A DNA stretch of 44,597 bases. It comes from Conidiobolus incongruus B7586. Lineage: Eukaryota. Each line of letters begins with the position of its first letter. Position 1 is the first letter of the stretch. Below, in pieces: positions 38,222 to 44,597 of this stretch. Location: NCBI GenBank assembly GCA_000697335.1, contig JNEM01009059.1:1-44597 (forward strand), read 5' to 3'. The position numbers and the translations under genes are program-made. The notes below the pieces were generated by a model. It made no database searches, was not told the origin of the DNA, and was given only the letters and a program-made list of their open reading frames with translations.

Positions 38222-38293
38222 GGCTTCATGGTCTAGTGGTATGATTCCCGCTTTGGGTGCGGGAGGTCACGGGTTCAATTCCCGTTGGAGCCC
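38222..38293 (+). tRNA. trnP: tRNA-Pro (TGG), intronless
   Basis: Acceptor GGCTTCA/TGGAGCC, D arm TGGTCTAGTGGTATGATT, anticodon arm CCCGC-TTTGGGT-GCGGG, T arm ACGGG-TTCAATT-CCCGT. Downstream T-runs at ~38300-38312. Confidence 0.96.
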
Positions 38294-41200
38294 ATAAAGT
38301 TTTGTCTTTTTTGATTACTCTATTCTCCATATTTCATATCTTCAAATTATTTTTTCAATCCAAATAACAATAATAAACAATCTTTTTCGAATAAAAATCA
38401 TATATACACATATAATAACTTTTATTTTGGGATAAATATTGTCTATTTAATCTGAAGCAACAAAATAATATTTGGAAGGTACGAGTATTGACAACTGTAA
38501 ATGTGGGAGGAAATAGACTTTTAGAGTTTAAACAGGTAATCTCTAGTGGTAAACAATTGATTACCACAAAATTAAGGGAAATTAAGGGGGTTCACCAAAT
38601 TAGGTGAAATAGCTTACTGCAAATTGGATTCTTCGAATAAAGTAAATATCTCACACTTCTCACTACTCAATACTTTTGTGAGTGTTATTAGAAAAATTTA
38701 AAGATTGGATACTTTTCAAAATGAAGATAGAAAGATGTGTTTATTAATTTGCTTGTGGTAATCTAGTATTAGTTTCAATTGTTAATGTTCGTGAATGTAA
38801 ATGCCTTACAGGCAGAAAATGATGAGTTCAACCAGTTCATGAAATGAGGTACATCCAATGTGACTTCTTACATCAGTGTCATAATCAGAGTTCTTAAGTG
38901 ATGGACAAAATTATTTCCCATCAGTATTAAAATGCATCATTCACTTCTTCCACGAAAGCAGTCACTGTCAAGCACTGGTCAATAATACTTTGACTTAAAT
39001 ATTCTATATAATCTGTCCATCTTATTCACTGAGAGAAATTTCAAAGACTTATTCAAATATCTGTCCCTTAATTTGTGAGCAATCTCCTACTTTATTCTGA
39101 TACTTATTTTTAACAATTGAGTTAATTTTATCGAACCACCAGAATTATCATTATTTTTTACAATGACATCAGTCATATAGTAATTAATATACTTCATAGA
39201 ATTGAGTTTGCCTGGTTAATTTATAATTTTCCTTATAAAAAATATTTATCATTGTTGTTTTGACTGAGGTTTAATATTAATAGAATTTGAGTATCCTTTA
39301 CAATCGTTACTGATTTTTGGTTTGACAACGTGGTTTTGATGTATTTAAAGATGGAATGCCTGAAATAAAAATATCATAAGAAAACGAACGGATAGTTTCA
39401 TGCTCAACATTGAATACTTGAACAATAACGTTTTTTTCAAACACAATATATGTGGATTATTATTAATTTTACAATCATTGATTCGAGAGTCCAGTTTCTT
39501 TAAAATTTTATCCAACCCAAATCATAAAGGTTATTACAGCTATATAACAAACTGATAATAATGGAATACTAACTTTTATTGACACTTAATAAATGTAATC
39601 TTTATTGTCAAAAGTGTCTGTCATTAATATGGGCATCGAGGTAAACAGGCTGAAAAGTGATATTTTTATACAGCATTTGAATTTTTCATTTAATGATTTT
39701 CTTGGGTTTTTGGTCATTTTTGAAAAATCATAAATTTATTTTAATTTGTATTGTCCTGCGCCTATATATTATCTTACAATCTATGTCATAAATTGGCATT
39801 CGCTTAAATGATGATTTTACAAAATTTATTATTTGTCAAGTCAACTGCAATTTATAAATATCAAGATATTGATAATTTAATTAATCATAACTCCTATTGA
39901 TATCTCATATTATAATTTGTCCTAAACTTGAATTAATAAAATATTGTTAATATTCAACTTAAATTTCAAATTATTAAAGGAGAGCACTTATCATGAATCA
40001 ACTTTGCTTCATTAGTTCAAGATGATTGCATATTAACATTTATGTATAATTGAGAAATTTTAGATTCAAGTGAAATTGAGTACAAGTTCTAATTATGTAT
40101 TTTCAGAATTTAATTATATATAAAAGGTAAACTAAACATTCGGTTTGTAATTGTGAACTTCTTTAACTAATATATATAGAGATATATAATTTTTATGAAT
40201 AATTATTTTTGCTTTGATTTTATATCAAATATTTAATTTTCATATAATATTAACATTTCCAAGAGATTCAAAAAAAACCAATTTGAATTTTATATAATAA
40301 TACAAGACATTTGAGATATTATGAAAGATATTTAGAAATACAAATATAACAATTATTTGTAATTGAATTTTGAAATAAAATTTCATAATAAAGTTATCAA
40401 GAAATATTTTTTTATAATTTTAATCTACTAAATAACTTAGAATGATTAAACAAGGTAAACTTGTAGTGTGAGTAGACAATTTAGTGTTTTTACTTTTTTC
40501 ACTTGATGGTCCGTGATTATTGGTATCATGACAGATACGACGAGTAAAAGTTTGCTTATAATTGATTAATTGTAAGATTTAATTGAACATTATTTACCAA
40601 AACAATTTCACACCAATATTTGAGACTACAAATAATACCATTTATATTTACATACATTATTGATTCCTAAATCATTTATAATTGCCGTAAATAGCTTGAT
40701 AGTTAACAAGCTTTAATCAAATCTTTGACTGTGAATATATACCTTGAAATTGGAAATTTAAAAATTTGTATAAAAGGTATAATATTCATATTTTAATTTA
40801 TGATTCATTTTTGCTTCAATTTATTGATTTTATATACATTTATAAGTCTTATTGACATCTAACACTCAATATCCTTGGATATGATCATTTTATTTTCATT
40901 GAAATCAAGACTTTTATTCTAATTATAATATATATAAATCAGTTAAATTGAATATATTGATATATACTTTTTATTTAGACTATTGTTATTCCTTCCATTA
41001 GGTTTTGTTTCAGAATCTTTTTAGTAAATCACCCTAATATTTCAACTAGATATATAAATTTTTCAGTATTATTATATATTGTAATGAGAACATAATTGTG
41101 ATTATTTTTGTCAAAAATTTTTATAATTAAATAATTCAAAATTATGGTTATTATCATAATTGATTGTATTTCAACTCTATATATATAAATTTGAAAAGCT

Positions 41201-41474
41201 TTGTTTCAAATTATTTGAATAAAGAAAATCTGAAAAAAATATAATGATTACCTAAGTCAAAAATTCGTAATGAGTTATCCAGCTTATATGAAGTAACTGC
41301 ACAGAGCATCTATCATCTTTTATTTTTAAACTAAGCTATAAAGGAAATCTATAATAAATATATATATGAGTGATTATGAAAATGATATGACTGATATTTT
41401 AACATGTGATATATTTCAAAAACACCCGTTCGTCTTGATTCGATAGCTAAGTCTATATTACCTCCCATTTATAG

Positions 41475-41760
41475 CGGATTTGTTGGTCCATAATCAAATG
41501 ATGTGCTTTAGTCGCTTTTATTAGGATTTATCCAAATCCTATGTCACTCACTGAACGAATCATTTAAACCCAGAAATGACAAGGATAGAGAAAGAAATTT
41601 TTTCTGGATATTCTACTACAATATCTCTATAGTAAGTAAGCTTTAAAACATACATTCCCAATATGTTAAAGAGCAGGATCAAGAAATAATTTACTAAATC
41701 TTGTTATAAGTACTTTTCTAACAATGACCTTTATCTACAAAACTTATTTTAAAACATATC
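41475..41760. repeat. Dispersed repeat B, copy 2
   Basis: Direct-orientation match to ~19405-19700 (see copy 1). Confidence 0.75.
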
Positions 41761-44597
41761 ATATAGCCAAATTATCTTAATATTTTGTTATCTATTTATT
41801 ATTTTTGAATTGAAATATATATCTATATGAACTATGATATTGAATCCTATAATTAAATAACTGATTCTGATATATAATATATAATTTTTGATGAATATTA
41901 TTATTAAACACTTGATTGTTTATTATAATATATTTTAATTAAATTAAAAATTCGTTTATAAATATGTAACAATTTTCTTAAAATCAATTTAATAATGAAT
42001 TGATAAATAAATGTGAAAATCTTTATTTAATATAAATATTTCATTATTTTATAATTATATAATTATATTACTATCTTGTTTATTACATACTACTTGTTAA
42101 TTATATTATTATATTAATTATAAATTTAAATAAAATAATTAAACATTATAACCAGGTTGTTAGATTTAAAAAATATTTTTAATTAATCCTATTTAAAAAG
42201 AAAAGAATATAGATACTTTTTATCTATAATATTATTATAATGATATGGAAATTTAAATGATAATTATACCCAAGATATTATATATGAATAATATAATCTT
42301 TAAATAATCTGATTCCTTATATGATTTATATTTATATTATGAAAATTAACTTTTAACCAATATTTTTAAATTGAATAATTTAGTTAATATTCTAATTCAT
42401 ATTTTTTTATTATATAAAAAAACTAAAATCTAAAAATATAGGTTATATATTTATTTTTTTTCAAATTATAATGATTTAGGAAAATTATAATATAGGTATA
42501 GCAGAAAAAATATATAGTGGAGAGAAGATCTTTAATGATTGATTAAATTTAGTTATTTAATAATAATTTTATTAAAGATCTAATATGATAATTATATATA
42601 AATAATAATGATAATAATAAAATTTTGATACAAATAATCTCACTAATAATGAAATAATAATAATTAATAATAACTATAGAATATAACTAGAATTTAGGGA
42701 AAAAAGGATAAACTTTGGTTTTTAATTCAATAATTGGTATTAATACAAAGTGCTGATATATATTGGATTTCTGTATTAGTTATAATATAAAATTCATTAT
42801 TGATTAAGTAATAAAATAAATAATAAAAAATATATGAAATTGGTGATCTAATTTTTACCAAAAGTATTCAATTGCTATGAAAATAATGATTTTAAATATT
42901 TAATTATATATAAAGAGTAATATGAGAAATAATAAATCATGGTATATAAAATACAATCTAGACTAACATAAAATACTATTATTCATATATATAAAAAATA
43001 TAACTTTTCACAATTATTCCCTAAAATATGCATCCTTTTTAATTAATTAATAAGATCTCTTTAAATTAAAATTATCTTATTTAACTTACTTATATAGTTC
43101 TAATATTCAAATAATAATTTATTTCATGATAAATATTATAATAAATGATTTTAACTTTAACTATTATTTAAATTATCTTATATCATATATATTTAATTAT
43201 AATATATAAGTATAGTAACAATTAAACTAAAATAATATAGAGGAAGACTTAATATAAAATTAATATGGCATAAAATATGGCAGGGTAATATAAAATATAG
43301 TTTGAAAATATTATCAAAGTTTAATTAAGCTTTAAACTGGGATAAGTCATTAATATATTAAGACTTATATTAGGCAATATTAATATATTATGATATTAAT
43401 AAAATATAGTTTCAACCTTAAAAGTAATATAAAAGATAAAAATAATAAGAATTACAAAAAGAAAGAAAAACTTAATTTATTAAATATTTTAATATTATTT
43501 ATATAATTAATTTGATTATATAAACTATAGTTAATTAAATTATATAAAAATTTATAAAAGTTTAAAGAATTAATTCTTTTATATTTTTTTAATAAGTTTT
43601 TTAATAAAAACATACTCTTTAGATTTTTAAAGATAAATATAATAAGTTAAAATATTCTTAAGATTATCTAAAGATTCTTATATAGCTTTTTAAATAAAAT
43701 AACTTATTTATTTTATATCAAAATAAACCTTATTCCTAATAAATTTAAATATAATTATATAATCAATATAGTATTTTTTCTTTATTATAATTAATAATTA
43801 AATATTGTTTTAAAGGTTTTAATAAATTAAGAAATATATTAAAATCTTTAAAGTTTGATTTTAGATATATGAAAAGTAAAGTTAATCCTTAAAATTAAAA
43901 ATAATTCTAAAATAATATTTTTAAAATTTAAACTAATAGATTATACTTTATTAGGATTATAATAAAATAGTAAGTATTTTAGATTTAAGTTAAATTTAAG
44001 TAAAATAAGTTTAAAAGTAGATTATTTTAAATATATAAACATATTAGTTTTATATTTAAAAAAATTTTTAAATAGTTTTAAGTATTGTTATTTTATAATT
44101 TTTTAATTTTATTTCAAGTCAAACTTAATAAAGAAATTAATATATTTTTATTAAATGAGAATTTAATAACATTTCAAGATAAGTTTATTTAAAGTTTTAA
44201 AATAATTGTTAAGTTAAAATATTAGTTATAATTAAAGAAATAAAAGTTAAAACTTATTGATTTATTAATAAAAATATTGAATAAATATTAAAGTTAATGG
44301 ATATAAGTATCTTAATTTAAGCGATTAGTATCAAAATAAGTTTTAATTACTTGCTTTATGATTTTAATAATTTTTTCAATAAGTTTATTAGATTAGTAAT
44401 AATTAATAATAAATATAGCTAAGTTAATCTTAAAGGAAAAAGATAATAACTTTTAAAATTAAGAGTTGAATTATATATTTCTATTAGATATAATAGTTTA
44501 AAAAATTTTAAAATAAATAAAAATATTAAAAAATAATAATTATGTAATATCTTTAACTATAGAAGTTTTGAAACAAAGAATAAAATAAATATATTTA

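Noticed and set aside
1..44597. CRISPR arrays, rRNA or prokaryotic operons
   Set aside because: There are no regularly spaced repeats or rRNA motifs, and the introns and Pol III tRNAs show the DNA is eukaryotic nuclear.

Overview
This is very AT-rich eukaryotic DNA with short (53-60 nt) spliceosomal introns and low gene density. It is most likely an early-diverging (Zoopagomycota/Entomophthorales-like) fungus, which is an inference from composition, intron size and the Taf14-type gene. The window holds a tandem family of secreted M28D carboxypeptidase Q-like metallopeptidases in different states of decay: two intact intronless copies, one copy with a GC-AG intron and a 1-nt frameshift, one pseudogene, and one heavily eroded relic the ORF track misses. 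It also holds a five-exon Taf14-like YEATS/ET gene, tRNA-Phe(GAA), tRNA-Pro(TGG), four copies of an unclassified ~1.25 kb repeat, and a solo LTR. The most notable feature is a full-length Tc1 (DD34E) transposon. Its 338-codon transposase frame has no net frameshift but is saturated with C>T/G>A changes, many in CpA/TpG context, which looks like RIP-like genome defence in a lineage where RIP is not established. All analysis was done by eye; no alignments or database searches were run.
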